From Macrostomum hystrix (lineage: Eukaryota > Animalia > Platyhelminthes), in the NCBI GenBank assembly GCA_950097015.1, contig CATNEN010000029.1:5642001-5706000 (forward strand): a stretch of DNA of 64,000 bases, read 5' to 3'. The position numbers and the translations under genes were made by a program. Under the pieces are notes generated by a model. It was given only the letters and a program-made list of their open reading frames with translations, did not search any database and was not told the origin of the DNA. Position 1 is the stretch's first letter, and the number at the start of each line of letters is the position of its first letter. Positions 61,133 through 64,000 of this stretch are shown here, in pieces.

Positions 61133-62049
61133 GTCTGAGCTCTTATGCTATCTCAATTAGTAAGGAGAATTTGTTCGCGTCTCTGCTGGGATGGCGCACG
61201 AATTCAAAGGAGGAGCGATTTTATAGAGCTTCGCTGCGTCGTGCCTCGTTACCATGGCGTCGCTATGTGCGGTTGCATCGCGCTTAACCGAATGGTTCGA
61301 CCTCAACTCTATGCCAACAAAAGAGAAGCTTGATCGCAGCGGTTGGTTAGACAAACAAAAGGGGCCTTAGAGAGAGCGAAATCAGGCCTTTTTTCTCATG
61401 TTCCTAGACCACTTGTCCCGTGTTTGCTTACAGAGGGGTAAAGCACACATTGCGGGTTCTTTACTACATACCATTTTGAGATGTCGAGCATATTTAAGTT
61501 AGAGAATTCGCTTTCCCTAAGCCACGGCTCCCTCTAGATCCCCTGTCTCCATGCGAGGTTGTGCAAAGCAATGAGGTCTCGAAACATCATTATCTTATGT
61601 GCGTGATGACACGCAACGAACATTTTTAGCTGCATGGCTTGAAAAGTTTGGGCTGAATTATTTCTGGTTGTATAGCAACCTACTTGACTAAAATATAATG
61701 CTCGTATGGGTTTCTGTATGTTGAATTTCCGACTTGCATGCATATAAATTGTACTTAGGCCTGTATCCACCGGAATCAGGCGAATTTCACTTTTTTAATT
61801 ACATGGCACACCGACAAGAACTAAAGTTTAAGTTAATTTTATTTCAGACAGCCAAGGGCTATATTAACAATTTCTTTATTAGGATCTGTTCAATTCCAGA
61901 GTGATTGAACAACTATCATTAAGTGCCGTCACATAGTCTTTTATTTATTTGCAGCACACGTCAATCAGCGAACACATTATCGGGTCGATATAAAGCGTTC
62001 GATCGTAGCTTGTCTTAGCTCCTATCTCGGCAGTGTAAATTTTAGCCCT

Positions 62050-62403
62050 TCTAATAATAATAATAAGAATAATTGCTGAAGGGCAGTGGCACATCATTTG
62101 GTGACACTAGACCCGCAGCCAGCGAGGAGGCAATTCTGCAAATTTCGCTGACTCCTGAGCACACTCGCACACAGAACTGTACACAGGCATTCGCTCACAC
62201 AGGTGTGTACGTCTGCCCTGACTTTCTCATCGTACCTTGCATGGTCCTCTTGAGGATGGCCCCCAAGGGCGTAAATTGCACGACAAGCCCCCAAACCTTT
62301 TCTCCGCGGCTGCGCCCCAAATAAATGTGACCTCGCCGCGGAATCGAGCTAAGGGACATTGGTCCGAGAGGCGAACGCGTTAACCGCACTACCACCAACC
62401 CCC
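62050..62403 (-). mobile_element. SINE family A copy 9
   Basis: (AAT)n tail, full body, and head GGAATCGAGCT...GGTAGTGCGG. Confidence 0.87.
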
Positions 62404-62904
62404 TTTAGTCCTTCTAAGTTTCTACTTACGGATCCGCAAGCTTTATAGAACGGGCCATCAACTTTATCAACAGCACCGCAGGCATCTGAATTGATGCACC
62501 AGTTTTTTGCATCGACAGAAAAGAATACATAATTTTTGTAATTTGATAAAAAGCATCTTTGTGTACTCTTAGAATATCAAGATTTATTCAACATCATAGT
62601 TAGAAAGTACAAAACGTTACAGATTTATACGAGCCGTACTTTTGTAAAGCATGAGCACACTCAGAGAGATTTCGCTGTCAAAGACTATCAATAAAAATGT
62701 ACCTTTTACGAGTATAACCCGTTCGAATCCTGTTTCGTGTTTGAAACTAAAAACTTTTTTTTTCAATTCAGTGCGTGCAGCGCCAAATAGGTGGGCATTA
62801 AATTATGAATGCTACATTCACATGTCAGCAAGTATAATGCAAAAAAGCCATTTCTATAATAAGGGCTTAGGTTAAAATTGTCACACTTTTACAGAAAGTT
62901 CGAG

Positions 62905-64000
62905 TCAGTTGGCGCTCAGCTCGGACGGTCTGAACACGACGCTGCCGCTGTTAAAGTACTCATCAATAGTCTCGTCCAGGTCCAGCATCATGCGGATGAC
63001 GCACGGCAGTAGACAGATAAAGCCGGACATCACGAGGCGCTCTGAGCCAGTCACCTTTGCGATGTAGGACTCGTGCTTCAGCTGGAACGGCTGGTCCTCG
63101 CGCAAGGCTTCTTTGATGCTGTGGATAATTTGGAACATCTCCTTCTTGCGCTTCAGCTGCTCCTCGTTCTCGCCGCCAACCCTAATCTGGGCCAGCGGGA
63201 AGGAGATGCTAGTCTCGATGATGCGAACAGATTTGCCGATGCCTCGCAGAGTTTCGAAGTACTGCTCGATCAGCTTGCCGTCTGGCGAGTTGGTCTTCTC
63301 GCGCTCGTACAAGTCGATGACCTCCTTTGGGCACTTGATCGCCACCATGCTGTTATTGCGCAACAGCTTCAAGAAGTTGATGAGGCTGGTTAGGCTGGCC
63401 TCGTACTTGGCCTCGACCTCGCGCAGCTTCGGCCCGCAGCCTGTCTCCGGGTGCTGCATGAAGGTCAACTGGAACTGCTTCACAAGGCGCAGCATTCGGT
63501 AGCTCTTTTCTGGAAACGGGATTCGGTGCGAGATTCTACGTGAGATCAATCAGTGACGTAACTATAGACGAAGCCTTTTGTTAGATTTTGTTAGACCTGT
63601 CGATTAAGAGTCCGAAACTCTAACCATTGGGCTACTACCTCCCTCTTAGTAGGAATCGCACGATGCTGTTGTCAGATAAAAATGTTGCCTGAGTTTTTGA
63701 GAGAATGGAATTACATGGAAAAGTTGGTTCACAATGACACATGCAAGCGAAAATGGCCAGATAATAATACCCATACGAAGTTCAAAATAGCTTTACTACT
63801 GTGAGTAGGGAGGTATAGGGATACAATTAATACAATATTAATTGAAATTTCTGCTCACCGTTTGTAGCCATATCGTACGGCTGCGGCATGACACCTTCGA
63901 GCCATTCCGCCTCAACTTTTCTTAGCTCTGGCGGTGACAGATGAATTTTGAGCTTCAAAGAAGTGACCTCCAGCTTCTTCATGGCTACCTGAGTGACGAA
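62905..64000 (-). CDS. Last two visible exons (64000-63859, 63509-62905) of an unidentified, mainly helical protein continuing beyond the window
   Basis: Open frames with strong GC3 codon bias. The phase-1 junction AACG|GTGAGC...TTTCCAG|AA joins DMATN-E-KSYRMLRL. Confidence 0.65.
63595..63643 (-). other. 5' half of a tRNA-Lys(CTT)-like sequence (probable SINE head fragment), intronic
   Basis: GGTAGTAGCCCAATGGTTAGAG..GGACTCTTAATC..AGGTC; no T-arm or acceptor 3' strand. Confidence 0.4.

Overview
Eukaryotic (metazoan) genomic DNA with GT-AG introns. GC-rich, Ala/Gln-run-rich coding islands, minisatellite-packed introns and AT-rich spacers resemble the free-living flatworm Macrostomum; this is an inference from sequence style, not a database match. 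Recognisable genes: a C-type-lectin-like membrane protein, TDP2, iodotyrosine deiodinase, two divergently oriented membrane-anchored FkbM-type methyltransferases (one frameshifted; they share a ~473-bp near-identical tract), an RGS protein, GRASP55/65, a caspase pseudogene, mitochondrial TrpRS (WARS2, with a +1 frameshift), a bacterial-type crotonase, and caveolin. Unidentified genes: a tandem pair sharing a ~90-aa domain I do not recognise, a 3-exon Cys-rich protein, and a gene running off the right edge. Repeats: nine copies of a tRNA-derived SINE, CORE(MIR-like)-SINEs, a TTAA-flanked piggyBac remnant containing a hairpin array, a deleted mariner, a TA-flanked MITE, Tc1 and hAT remnants, and about ten tandem arrays. 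Many long ORFs in the supplied track are artefacts of these arrays.
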